Positions 35,475 to 48,059 of a DNA stretch of 53,000 nt are shown here, in pieces. Every line of letters begins with the position of its first letter. Positions within the stretch are counted from its first letter, which is position 1. The position numbers and the translations under genes were made by a program. The notes under the pieces were generated by a model. The model had not been told where the DNA came from and made no database searches. It worked only from the letters and a program-made list of their open reading frames with translations. This DNA comes from Octopus bimaculoides (Eukaryota): NCBI RefSeq assembly GCF_001194135.2, contig NC_068983.1, positions 4,895,721-4,948,720 on the forward strand, read 5' to 3'.

Positions 35475-36856
35475 ATAGGATTGGATTGAATTACCCGTGT
35501 TCAGTCCACTGAAGAACGAAGACCTCAGCATGTTCTCTCCACCCAACCATGGTCTGATGTGGAAGCTGTGAATTTGAGTTCGAGATCATACCAGTTTGAT
35601 GAGCCTACTTTACTACACTGGCTTGACATGGCTTGGCAGAGGGTTGCAGTTTTTATATTCTTACCCAAGAACTGATAAATCAATTACACTGACCCCAGTG
35701 TGTAACTGGTACTTATTTTATCAACCCCTGATGGAATTTGAACTCAGAATGTAAGGATGGATGAATGATCACTAGGCAATTTGCCCAGCATGCTAACCAC
35801 TTGGTCAAAGTGTACAGTATTATATATCTATTATGCTAGCCTTAGCAATCAGTTTCACACTGGGGGTTTTATGGATGTTAAACAGGATGTTAGATTACAG
35901 CCTGCTTATGTAACCCTGCACTCTTCTGAGTTGGCATATATATATATATATATAAGTAAACAACAGGTTGTACGGAACATGGATAAAACAAAGGTAAAAC
36001 AGAAAGAGCACAACAAACGGAAACCAACTAAACTCAATATGTGGGAAAATAGACGATAGAATGACAAACGGTAAACAGGACAAAAACAAGATACACGCAT
36101 CATTCGCAGCCGATTTCCTCATCAGTAGGAGTCTGGAAAGTCCTTGTAGTTTCGCCCCCTTATCTCTGACATGTATACACACGGTATAGTACAAGGCAGT
36201 ACCACACACAGAGAAAGGCAGACAGAGGCTGTTGTTAAGACCCAAGTCCATTTGAGTCAACCAAAACAGTATTCAAAGACATTCCCGCAGTGACCACCCT
36301 GTCATCTTTTGTGACATAGTGAATCAAAGATTACATTATTCAACGTGTCATTTGTTAGGACAGAAGGCAGCGATTTGAGGGAGATTTGGCTACCATTGTC
36401 AGCCGGTCGTACAAGCGACGTATCGGTTCCAAGTGTTTGAAATAATGGAACCACCTAAGAACACATAACTTGTACATATTTATAACTTTCCCATCGCCGT
36501 CACTTCTCTCGGAGAGAGGGAGAGAGGCAGAGATGGGGAGAAGAAATAGGCGGAGGAATATGAGAAGGGGGAGGGTAAAAAACAAGAGACGAAGTTGAAA
36601 TGTCATCGCTAACAACGAACTCGGTTGAGAATCAATTCTGTTGTTTTGGGTTGCCACCTACGGCAGGCACCGCACCAAAATGCGGTGCATCTATCGATAG
36701 ACACCTCGACCCACAAACATTATCATCATCATCGTTTTAATAACAGTTGAATGTGTAATCGAAAACCATCAAAATGATCATGGCCAATAGAATCGATATT
36801 AAATCAATAGGGAAACAGTCCACATTCACACGTCTGTTGCATACTGTTGCATGCAC

Positions 36857-36906
36857 NNNNNNNNNNNNNNNNNNNNNNNNNNNNNNNNNNNNNNNNNNNN
36901 NNNNNN
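36857..36906. other. Assembly gap
   Basis: Run of N. Confidence 1.
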
Positions 36907-37300
36907 ATATATTGTGTTGTATATCAGTAAATCTATACAGAAACATGTAAATATAAACATTCACACCAGGTGTGTGTATGTGTGTGATGAAGGTGGGACA
37001 CGATCAGGAATTGACAAATACATGGATATTTCTCATTTGTAGAATTAAGTTTCGATCTGAAGGTTATTAACTTGGATAGCAATCATGGTAATATTTATGC
37101 ATGCACGCTCACATACAAATATATGCATAAATGTATAAATACACGTAGCATTCAATATATATATATGCATACATATACATATACACGTCATTTCTTTCTT
37201 TCTTTCTCTCTCTCTCTATATATATATATGTGTATATATATATAATGAAAGTGGGAAAACGGAAATATATGCGAATATAAAACGATAAGATTTTACTTAC

Positions 37301-37800
37301 CAGTAAAATAAAGTCACTTGTTTGCGTTTGTTTGAATACGTGTATGTTACACGAATGTATATAAGTATATTTGCATGTGTGTAGACGGTTAATATTATAT
37401 TTTGGTGAGTATTGTTAATAAGAGCTGCAGAAGCTTCCCTTCGAGAAATTCTGAACGAAAGAGGAGGCGTTCAGAGATGGAACGAAGACAGTTTGGAGAG
37501 GCGCTAAACAGGACGAAAATAAAAACAGACATAAACACGAAAAAAACAAAAACAAAAAAAAGCTCTTCGACAATAACAATTTTGGTCAATAACAATGACC
37601 TAAGAAGACTGGTCTATGTTGGACAGGGACATCTTCTCGGTAATTCCTCACAGTTCAAATATAGGAATCCTAGGACAAGAACATATGATTTGGAGGTCGA
37701 AAAAAATGACTTTAGAGAGTCGAAATTAATTCTAGTGCTGTCTAAGAAGAAGGGTAATAAGTGTACGGATGTATAAAACCACTGCAATGCAACCGGCACG
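37301..37800 (-). other. Candidate non-coding first (5' UTR) exon of CCP1; upstream boundary uncertain
   Basis: Consensus minus-strand donor CTG|GTAAGT at 37300 in unique, CpG-retaining sequence. Spliced to exon 1 it puts an in-frame TGA upstream of ATG 20532. No transcript evidence. Confidence 0.38.
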
Positions 37801-37859
37801 ACACAGTTGATAGCGTCATGTAAGAGTCAGCTGAACGGGTGAATAGCCTGCTTGGCCTT

Positions 37860-38700
37860 TGTCTTTCTGCGCGTGTGTGCGTGCGTGCGTGCGTGTGTGT
37901 GTGTTCTGTGATGTGCTGTGCGTGCGTGCGTGCGTGTGTGCCTGTGATGTATGCGTGCGAACGTCTGTGTGTGTATGTGTGTATCGAAAGCTACATGTGT
38001 CTTTGTGTGTGTATGTGTGTATCGAAAGCTACATGTGTCTGTGTGTGTGTGTGTGTGTGTGTGCGTGCATATATTAAAATATATATCTATATGTGTGTGT
38101 TTGTGTGTATCCAATTGAATGTGTGTGAGTCGAAAGTGCATTAGTCGCTGTGTACGCGTATCAAACTATGTGTGTGTGTGTGTGTACGTGAGTTTGTGTG
38201 TGTCCAGTTGAGAGAGAGAGTGTGTGTGTGTACCTGTGTATTGTATCAACCTAAATATATATGTGTATATGTTTGTTGTATCAGCTGAGAAAGAGAGAGT
38301 GTGTGTATTGATATGGTCTGTGGGTGTGTATGTGTATCGGACTAAATATATCTGGATATGTGTATGTTTGTATGTATCCAAGTAAGTGCGCGTGTCTGTG
38401 TGTTTATACAAATATATGCTTTTGTGTAGATGTTTGTCTATGTGTATCTGGGTGTGTGCGTGCGTGCGTATGAGTATCTGTATGTGTGTTGAAATATACA
38501 TGTGTCAGTGTATATGTGTGAATTTGTGTGTATCCAGGGGTGTGTGTGTGTACGTATATATTTGCGTGTGTGTGTGAGTATGGAAATATAGACGTCAGTA
38601 TATGTATTTGTTTGTGTGTACTTTTGTGTGCCTCTATGTGAGAGTGAATATGTTTGTGTCTGTGCCTGTGTACGTATATGGGACTATATATATGTTCTTG
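37860..38700. repeat. Long (GT/AT/GC)-dinucleotide low-complexity tract with a 38-bp tandem duplication at ~37967-38040
   Basis: Directly visible; gtatgtgtgtatcgaaagctacatgtgtct occurs twice. Confidence 0.9.
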
Positions 38701-39133
38701 TGTATACGTGCTTCACAATGTGAATTAATGACCGAACAGTTTGTTATCACGACCCGTCCGATATGGCCAGGCTGATTCAGGAATCTATACCACTACGTGG
38801 AACTGGTGGACGGCATAATTCAATATTTGTATTTCCATTATAAGCTCAAACGTTAGGACGAATATGCTTGCTAGAGAGAGCAAGATATTCAACCGGTGCG
38901 ATCAAATATTCATGTGTATATTATACCCAGGCATAGCGACAACAAAACCGCCAACGAAATGTTTGCTTTTAAGCGGACTTGTCAAAGTCTTAACAACGAC
39001 AACCACATCAGCAGCAACAACAACAACAAGGTTAATTAAAGACAAAAGAACTTCAAATTCTCTGATATAGAAAAAGAGTGCAGCACAATTTTGAAATATT
39101 CTTAGACATTCTGCTTCCCAAGAATAAACTTTG

Positions 39134-39300
39134 TAGGCGCAGGAGTGGCTGTGTTGATAGGCGTAGCTGTGTGGTGAGACACTTGTTTCCCAATCACATG
39201 GTTCCGAGTTCAGTCGCACTGCGTGGAACTTTGGGCCAGTATCTTCTACTATGGCCTCTTGTGAGTGGATTTGGTAGATGGAAAAAGAAGCCTGCCGTAT
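39134..39300 (+). mobile_element. SINE family A (5' half)
   Basis: ggcgcaggagtggctgtg...; same head. Confidence 0.75.
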
Positions 39301-39882
39301 ATATACTATATTCTCTAACATAATTAATAATTTATAGTACAGCTGTTTAATGCAAATATCGCTTGCTACCTCTAACGTTATTGTTATTGTTATTATCAAT
39401 TATTTAGATTTTCGCCCGATAATAATAATATTTTGAATTTTTACTCATTCTTATGTTAAAAAGAAAAAAGTGTTAGTGAAAGTTATAAGAGTCGAGGGAG
39501 TTGTGTCTCATAGTTAGCTGGTTGTGACCTTCTTTTTCCCTCTGGTCGTTTATCTTTAGTGGCTGCCTGCTTGTGACTATGACTCTAGTTGTCTGTTCAC
39601 TAACTAATTTTGCCTTGCCAAATTCTAGTATTTATAACAATCTAAAACCAGCCAGAAGGATAGACATATTGTTGAGAACAATAGATTTCGTTGGCGGCCT
39701 GCTATCTCTATTCTAGCTTTTGGTGGCCTAGAAGAGATTAGAAGGGTCAAGTGACAAAGCCGCTATTCTGCTTAGCGATGGCATCTGACAAATGTAACTG
39801 CTGTCACTCACAGAAAAACTATTGTTTTACTGTGAGAAAAGTGCTGTTGAACTGTTATACCTGCATGAAGTTCACTACATAT

Positions 39883-40289
39883 NNNNNNNNNNNNNNNNNN
39901 NNNNNNNNNNNNNNNNNNNNNNNNNNNNNNNNNNNNNNNNNNNNNNNNNNNNNNNNNNNNNNNNNNNNNNNNNNNNNNNNNNNNNNNNNNNNNNNNNNNN
40001 NNNNNNNNNNNNNNNNNNNNNNNNNNNNNNNNNNNNNNNNNNNNNNNNNNNNNNNNNNNNNNNNNNNNNNNNNNNNNNNNNNNNNNNNNNNNNNNNNNNN
40101 NNNNNNNNNNNNNNNNNNNNNNNNNNNNNNNNNNNNNNNNNNNNNNNNNNNNNNNNNNNNNNNNNNNNNNNNNNNNNNNNNNNNNNNNNNNNNNNNNNNN
40201 NNNNNNNNNNNNNNNNNNNNNNNNNNNNNNNNNNNNNNNNNNNNNNNNNNNNNNNNNNNNNNNNNNNNNNNNNNNNNNNNNNNNNNNNN
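39883..40289. other. Assembly gap
   Basis: Run of N. Confidence 1.
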
Positions 40290-40934
40290 GATGTTTCTCT
40301 GTCCATTATGTTTTTATGTTCGTTAACTCCTCCTAGACTGTTGGTGCAAGGACAACGAAACTCAAACCAGCAACTCCCCTAATCCCAGGGGGTCTATATT
40401 TTTAAGGGCCACCTAATTGGGGCACCACTGACCTCCCCTATTTTTACTGCATTTAAACTAAATACATGGCATTCGTGACCAAATCGGAGCAATGACAACG
40501 AATTTCATGCCATGAATTCTCAGGGAGTATCGTAAGGAGGTTCAATTCCTGAATGTGTGTATACACGCGCGCGCGCGCACACACACACACACATTCAATT
40601 GGAGATTAAATTAGCCTCATTAAGGGATGATATCATCCAATGAGTTACTGGTTCAATACCTAATGTCTGTTGTGAACAATAATATTCATAAAACAATATA
40701 TAATCCATGGCTTATAATTATTCAAAAGAAAGTAAGAAAATGGAGATATAACATTTAATGAAAATTTTTTATCGGCAAAAATCGAACATAGTCCCTTACA
40801 GCTGTTTCAATTAAGTCTGTTAGATTAAATGGCAATTATTAAAATCATTATATTAGGCGAAATCTCTTCAGAGGGGTAGAAAAAAGACATACAGTTAGGT
40901 TTTTAAATGTTGTATTTTAGAACCATCACAGCAG

Positions 40935-41096
40935 ACTCAGGAGTGGCTGTGTGGTAAGTAGCTTGCTTACCAACCACATGGTTCCGGGTTCAGTCCAACT
41001 GCGTGGCATCTTGAGCAAGTATCTTTTACTATAGCCTCGGGCCAACCAAAGCCTTGTGAGTGGATTTGGTAGACGGAAACTGAAAGAAGCCCATCG

Positions 41097-41141
<45 letters not shown>

Positions 41142-41360
41142 ATGTGTGTGTTTGGATGTCTGTGTTTGTTGCCCCCCACCATCGCTTGTCAACCCATGCT
41201 GGTGTGTTTACGTCCTTGTAACTTAGCGGTTTGGCAAAAGAGACCGATAGGATAAGTACTAGGCTTACAAAGAATAAGTCCTGGAGTTGATTTGCTCGAC
41301 TAAAGGTGGTGCTCCAGCATGGCCGCAGTCAAATGACTGAAACAAGTAAAAGAATAAAAG
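40935..41360 (+). mobile_element. SINE family A, full length (best-preserved copy)
   Basis: Pol III A/B-box-like head (gtggctgtgtggtaag...gggttcagtcc), internal (TA)n(TG)n, second half, (GTAAAAGA) tail. Confidence 0.88.
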
Positions 41361-41815
41361 AATATATGTATGTATATATATATATATATATATGCAGTAA
41401 GTAAGATCAATAACTCAATACCTTTTAATCTTCAAAGCAGTTTATTGTTGTTTGATAATATTATTATGAATTTGCTATCGATATAGTTGCCCTTAACTCC
41501 AATATCTCTTATCTTTTGATTGGTTATCAGCACCGATGCCTGTCAGGCTGAAATGTTTGTCCTGTGATTATGGAGTTTCAAGTTTGGTTCCACCGAATGA
41601 TACCAAGATTAAAAGCTTTCCATATGCAACCCTTAGGTTGAGCAAATTCTCTTGAGTCAAATATGGTAGGGGGAAATTGTGTAGAAATCTACAGTGTTTG
41701 GACAATATAAGGACACAGCTGGAGACAGTGTTTTCCAGGGCTAAATAACAGTAACATTCAACTGCCATGTTATAATAATCTTTACTCAATAATAATAATA
41801 ATAATAATAATAGTA

Positions 41816-41878
<63 letters not shown>

Positions 41879-42249
41879 TATGTTGTGCTTGAGAGGAAGA
41901 TCCCATCAAGCTGAGCAAAATCACAGTTGTGGTGGATGCCAGTATCATGCAAATGGCACCCGTGCTGGTGGCACATAAGAGCACCCATTACATTCTCAGA
42001 GTGGTTGGCATTAGGAAGGGCATCCAGCTGTGGAAAACCATGCCAAATCAGACTGGAGTCTGGTGCAGCCTTCCAGTGTGCCAGCCCTGGTCAAACCATC
42101 CAACCCATGCCAGCATGGACAATGGACGTTAAATGATGATGATGATGATGATCTATATATTTATAAATATGTATGCACGTGTGTGAGTGTGTGTACATAA
42201 ATATATGTATGCACACATACGCACACACACACATTGTATATCACTACAA

Positions 42250-42880
42250 TATGGACAGCAATTCTGCATGGTAGTGAGATGTGGGCCCTAAATGCAGAGG
42301 ACATGCAAAGGTTAGAAAGGAATGAGACTCATATGCTCTGCTGGATTTGTAATGTAAGTGTACATGTTTGACAGAGGGCTGGCATATTGAGAGAGAAGTT
42401 AGGCATAAGAGGAATTGGTTGCTGTGTGCAAGAGAGGAGACTGCACTGGTTTGGTCATGTGATGCAGACGGATGCCTACAGCCCCATAAAAAAGTTCCGA
42501 TCTCTCAAAGTAGATGGAAATCATGGAAGAAGGAGACCCAGGAAGACTTGGGACAACATACTGAAGGTTGACCACACAGGACTGAGATGCCTGGTACCTT
42601 GCTGTACTCAAAAAAACCCTTCCTCATACACAGCAGAAGTGTTAAGTCCATCTCCCCTGTTGAAGAGGGATGCAGCCTGCAAGAGTCCTGTGCTGGTACC
42701 ACGTAAAAGCACCCAGCATACTCCGTAAAGTGGTTGGCGTTAGGAAGGGAATCCAGCTGTTGAAACCAAGCCAAATCAGACTGGAACCTGGGGCAGCTCT
42801 CCAGCTTCCCAGCACTGGTTAAACAGTCCAACCCATGCTAGCATGGAAAACAGACATTAAAGGATGATGAGGATAATGAT
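42250..42880 (+). mobile_element. RTE LINE 3' end (ORF C-terminus + 3' UTR + tail), decayed
   Basis: GSEMWALNAEDMQRLERNE...REKLGIRGIGCCVQERRLHWFGHVMQ...GRRRPRKTWDNILKVD, then aaaagcaccc...aggaaggga.tccagctg...cccatgctagcatggaaaa...gatgatga. Confidence 0.88.
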
Positions 42881-42901
42881 ATATAAATATATATATGTAT
42901 A

Positions 42902-42934
<33 letters not shown>

Positions 42935-42973
42935 GTTTGTGTGTGTGTGTTTGTGTGTGTGTGTTTGTGTGTG

Positions 42974-43063
<90 letters not shown>

Positions 43064-43819
43064 CACACATATATATATATGATGTCTCAGATAGTAGAAC
43101 TTGAGCAGTTGCCCAGTCTAACATCTCCGCCAAAACAGTGGTTACCCTTAGCAAGGTCCACTCAGTTGTAAGTATTACACTGTCAGCTCTGGTCTAAGGA
43201 GTACTTTCTCCTTTCCTCTCATGTGTCACAGAAATCCAGCAACAGACCATGGCATCTGCTCTTCTCTCTTTTGCTGAAGTGAGGCACAAACAAAAAGAAA
43301 GAAAGGAACACACTTGTTGGTCTTTAATGTACCAATCCAGGAGAAAAGAGTGAGAGAGAGCAAGAGAGAGGCTATAGCAGTTGCAAATGTACTGAAATAG
43401 TATCTGGAAACTGAACTGTGTCCTGTTATTGATAATCAATTCATAAATCAATCAAAAAAATCATGTAAGTGTGATAAATGGAGTCAGTTGTTTAATTTTT
43501 CCAGCTATCAATATATAATTAGCTTGATCGACCTGTTTCATGGTAAGAGTTTGGTCCAACATTACAAATCAACAAAATGCTCTTTCATCAAACAGTTCTC
43601 AGGTTGCCTACACTGGTCAGCTCTCTGGACACTGCTTGTTTACAGCTGGGTGGACTAAGTGAAACAAAAGATTTAATGTACTTTGAACATAATGGCACAA
43701 ACTAGCAATTCGACATATTATATGTCTGACCACCTACAACTTACATTTTAAGTGCTCACCTCTACATATGGCCAATGCTTTTTATTATGCATTTTTATTT
43801 GTTCCTACCAAATATTTTC

Positions 43820-44620
43820 TGCTGTTGGTACCATATATTTCCAAGATATAGCCTCCCAGATCATCACAGATCCTCTTCCATGTTTAACAGTTGGAAGAAG
43901 GCAGTCTGGGTCAAATACTTCTTTTGGCTGTCTCCACATATATATTCAGCTGGTGGTTGGAAATAAGGTAAAGGATGACTTGTCCAAGAAAATAACATTC
44001 TTCCACTGCTCTAGGGACCAATTCTGTAGGGTTTTACTCAACTCTAAATGCTTTGCAACGTTTGTTTTTGAAAGTAGTGGTTTTCTGATTGCAGTCCTCC
44101 CATGAAATCTGGCTTCGTGCAGCTCCCTGCGAACAGTTTTTCTGGAAACTGGGTTCTTGTGCTGGTCATTAAGCTCTGCAGTAATTTTGGGAGCTGTACT
44201 TTTGTGATCCTTTCTAACAATTCACGTAAGAGTCCGACAGTTCCTATCTGAAAGTTTGGGATTTCTTCCGGAGTTTTGTTTCGACGAGGAGGTCTTTTCT
44301 TTTTTCTCAAAGGCTGTCATTACTTTCGAGATAGTACTTCTTGATACACCAAATATTTCGGCTGTTTTCGTTACGCTAGCGCCTGCAATACGAGCACCAA
44401 CAATTTTACCACTTTGAAAGTGTGATAGATCTGTCATTTTAATGAATTTTAATTGTCTTTTTCTGATGATATTTGAAAAGAAACAGCAATTTTAGCAAGA
44501 CATATTAAGCAACACTAATAATAAATGAAAAAAACATAAAAACAAACAAGCTTTTGATGGTTTTATAGATATTTCAGTATTATGATGCTATGATGTTAAG
44601 TGTTTCCATTATTTTGTGTG
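43820..44620 (-). mobile_element. Tc1-family DNA transposon, 5' part with decayed transposase
   Basis: HTH region MTDLSHFQSGKIVGARIAGASVTKTAEIFGVSRSTISKVM...GRNPKLSDR; DDE region QWKNVIFLDKSSF...WRQPKE...PTVKHGRGSVMIWEAIS; TIR-like acaaaataatggaaacac at 44598-44617. Confidence 0.88.
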
Positions 44621-45989
44621 TAAACAACAAACAGATGTATTAGTTTAACGGTTGAGAAGTGAGAATTTTATATCATCATCATCATCATCATCATCGTTTA
44701 ACATCCACTTTCCATGCTAGCATGGGTTGGACGATTTGACTGAGGACTGGCGAACCAGATGGCTACACCAGGCTCCAATCTGATCTGGTAGAGTTTCTAC
44801 AGTTGGATGCCGTTAAGATAATGCTTTTTACATGCCACCAGCACAGGAGCTAGTCAGGTGGGCCTGGCATCAGCTACGTTCGGATGGTGCTTTTTACATG
44901 CCACCGGCACAGGAGCCAGCCAGGCTGACCTGGCGTCGACTACTTTCAATGGCAGATATAATCCCCACCTGGATGGGACACTGGTCTGTCGCAGGATTAC
45001 TCGTTTTTTCCAGCTGAGTGGACTGTAGCAACATGAAATGAAATGGTTTGCAAAGAGAACACAATGTGTCACCCGGTTCAAGAATTGAAACCACAATCTT
45101 ATGATCATGAGTTCAACACCCCTAACCATTTAGCCACATGCTTCCACACACACATACACATATATACAAACACATATTTCATCACTACCATCTTGTCTTT
45201 TTCCCGGCTACTCTCACCCACCCCTATATGTGTGGTGGTCATGTATTTTCTCTATAGCAAGACACCTGTGCTTGGCCCTTAATTGTATTTAAGCCTCTCT
45301 CAACCCGTGGCACAGAGCTACCTCCCCTTCTCTAGTACTCACTTCCCCACACATAGTCATGGGAGATTTTTCCTTCTCCTCTGTTCTTTTTGTCCTGTAA
45401 GTTACAAGGTAACCTCACTAGTGCCAGTGGCACGAAAAGGGCACCCAGTGCACTCTGTAAAGTGGTTGGTGTTAGGGAGGGCATCCAACTGTAGAAACCA
45501 AGCCAAAGTTGACGTTGAAACTTGGCACAGTCCTGCGGCTCACTGAATCCTGTCAAACTGTCCCAGTCCACACCAACATGTGAAACTCATATTAAACGAT
45601 GATGATGATGACGCCGATGACCACAACGATGATGACAACAATAACAACAATGATAATGATGATGATATATATTATACACACAAACACACACTGACACATA
45701 TATGCATGCACACACTTGTATGTATGTATGTATGTATGTAAGGTCTACCTTGGCAATGATCAATATCATTCTGCAATGCCAAGGGTGATGCAAAAGATAA
45801 TGGTTCTACTGTCACCAGGTGTTACACTTGTCTACTTATGACCTTATCTACTTCACTCAGGTCAACTACCTTTAAAAATCTTTATTTTGCTTTCTAAATG
45901 AAGTGATTCTTGCTCTCAATGTAGATTTTTTTAATCCTAGAACTTCTTCTTCTTCTTCTTATTATTATTATTATTATCATTGTTATTAT

Positions 45990-46890
45990 TATTTTATGTT
46001 TTACTTTTGCTTTGCATTTGTACAAGTTGGATTCAAGTCTCGGCCCAGAGACCTCACGAGACAACAAGTTAGAAGTTCATGTTGGTGTTATGCCTAGAGT
46101 ACCATATATTTGGTTTTGCACATAGTGTTGTTATAGAGAATGTTTAAGAAACCATAAGAAAATTATGTTTGTTTTAAAATTGGAGATTACATAGAAAGTA
46201 TTTTGCATAGGATATGGGCAGTTCCCATGAGCACTATCTTTTGAATTTCTGCCATTTTGGGGGTTTCCTGATATCTGAGCTAGGTATCAATGAGCCCCTT
46301 TTGTTATCATTCCTAGGGCACCTATGACAACAGGTATTGTTTTAGTCTTTAGGTTCCACATTTTGCTAATTACTATTTCAAGATCTTTATATTTGCTCAG
46401 TTTTCGGTAGGTCTTGACAGATACGTTTATATAGATTGGGACAGTCATATCAATGAGGAGGCATGATTTTTGTCTGAAGTCTTTCAGTATGATGTCTGGC
46501 CTATTTGCATCTATCTTTCTGTTGGTTTGAATGGTGAAGTTCCAGAGGAGTGAGATGTGATCATTTTCAAGCACTGGAGGTGGTTTTGTGTTCCCACCAG
46601 TTTTGTCATGGGGCAAGTCCAGGTTTTTGCAAATTACCCAGTGAATATATTGTACAACTCTATCATGTCTGTTGAGATACTCTGTAGGCGCAAGAAGACT
46701 GCACATGGAGACAACATGATCAATGATCTCATTTTGTTGTTGACATACAAGACATGTTAAGCAGTTGCCGTTCTTTAATATGTTGGCCTGGTAGTTCCTT
46801 GTAGGTAGGTATTGATCTTGGGCTGCTATGATAAACCCTTCTGTTTCTGATTTTAAGCCAGAAGCCATTAGCCATTGATGAGCATTATTT
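45990..46890 (-). mobile_element. R4/Dong-like non-LTR retrotransposon, 5'-truncated, in a (TAA)n array
   Basis: WLMASGLKSETEGFIIAAQDQYLPTRNY...CLVC...EIIDHVVSMC...RHD (CCHC), NRPDIILKD...LLIDMTVP...KLSKYKDL (RLE), IQKIVLMGTAHIL. TAA arrays on both sides. Confidence 0.9.
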
Positions 46891-46892
46891 AC

Positions 46893-46944
<52 letters not shown>

Positions 46945-47067
46945 CATTATGAAGGTAGTGAGCTGTCAGAATCGTTAGGACACTAGATGAAATGCTTAGC
47001 AGTATTTCATCTGCCGCTACATTCTGAGTTCAATTTCTGCCGAGGTCAACTTTGCCTTTCATCCTTT

Positions 47068-48059
47068 NNNNNNNNNNNNNNNNNNNNNNNNNNNNNNNNN
47101 NNNNNNNNNNNNNNNNNNNNNNNNNNNNNNNNNNNNNNNNNNNNNNNNNNNNNNNNNNNNNNNNNNNNNNNNNNNNNNNNNNNNNNNNNNNNNNNNNNNN
47201 NNNNNNNNNNNNNNNNNNNNNNNNNNNNNNNNNNNNNNNNNNNNNNNNNNNNNNNNNNNNNNNNNNNNNNNNNNNNNNNNNNNNNNNNNNNNNNNNNNNN
47301 NNNNNNNNNNNNNNNNNNNNNNNNNNNNNNNNNNNNNNNNNNNNNNNNNNNNNNNNNNNNNNNNNNNNNNNNNNNNNNNNNNNNNNNNNNNNNNNNNNNN
47401 NNNNNNNNNNNNNNNNNNNNNNNNNNNNNNNNNNNNNNNNNNNNNNNNNNNNNNNNNNNNNNNNNNNNNNNNNNNNNNNNNNNNNNNNNNNNNNNNNNNN
47501 NNNNNNNNNNNNNNNNNNNNNNNNNNNNNNNNNNNNNNNNNNNNNNNNNNNNNNNNNNNNNNNNNNNNNNNNNNNNNNNNNNNNNNNNNNNNNNNNNNNN
47601 NNNNNNNNNNNNNNNNNNNNNNNNNNNNNNNNNNNNNNNNNNNNNNNNNNNNNNNNNNNNNNNNNNNNNNNNNNNNNNNNNNNNNNNNNNNNNNNNNNNN
47701 NNNNNNNNNNNNNNNNNNNNNNNNNNNNNNNNNNNNNNNNNNNNNNNNNNNNNNNNNNNNNNNNNNNNNNNNNNNNNNNNNNNNNNNNNNNNNNNNNNNN
47801 NNNNNNNNNNNNNNNNNNNNNNNNNNNNNNNNNNNNNNNNNNNNNNNNNNNNNNNNNNNNNNNNNNNNNNNNNNNNNNNNNNNNNNNNNNNNNNNNNNNN
47901 NNNNNNNNNNNNNNNNNNNNNNNNNNNNNNNNNNNNNNNNNNNNNNNNNNNNNNNNNNNNNNNNNNNNNNNNNNNNNNNNNNNNNNNNNNNNNNNNNNNN
48001 NNNNNNNNNNNNNNNNNNNNNNNNNNNNNNNNNNNNNNNNNNNNNNNNNNNNNNNNNNN
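47068..48059. other. Assembly gap
   Basis: Run of N. Confidence 1.

Noticed and set aside
36102-36126. Second hammerhead-like core (minus strand CTGATGAG...CTGCGAAT)
   Set aside because: Stem II does not pair, GAAA is broken, and no stem I or III partner is present. At most a decayed PLE-end remnant.
36355-36657. Signal-peptide-like 100-aa ORF
   Set aside because: Hydrophobicity derives from a GA-rich tract, the C-terminus runs into a dispersed repeat, and there is no recognisable homology.
37402-37776. 124-aa Lys/Arg-rich plus-strand ORF
   Set aside because: TTG start, composition driven by A-runs, no domain. More consistent with the antisense of a T-rich UTR.
41531-41690. Plus-strand exon-like segment (PMPVRLKCLSCDYG...)
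   Set aside because: Stops occur in all frames before a good donor, and there is no homology.
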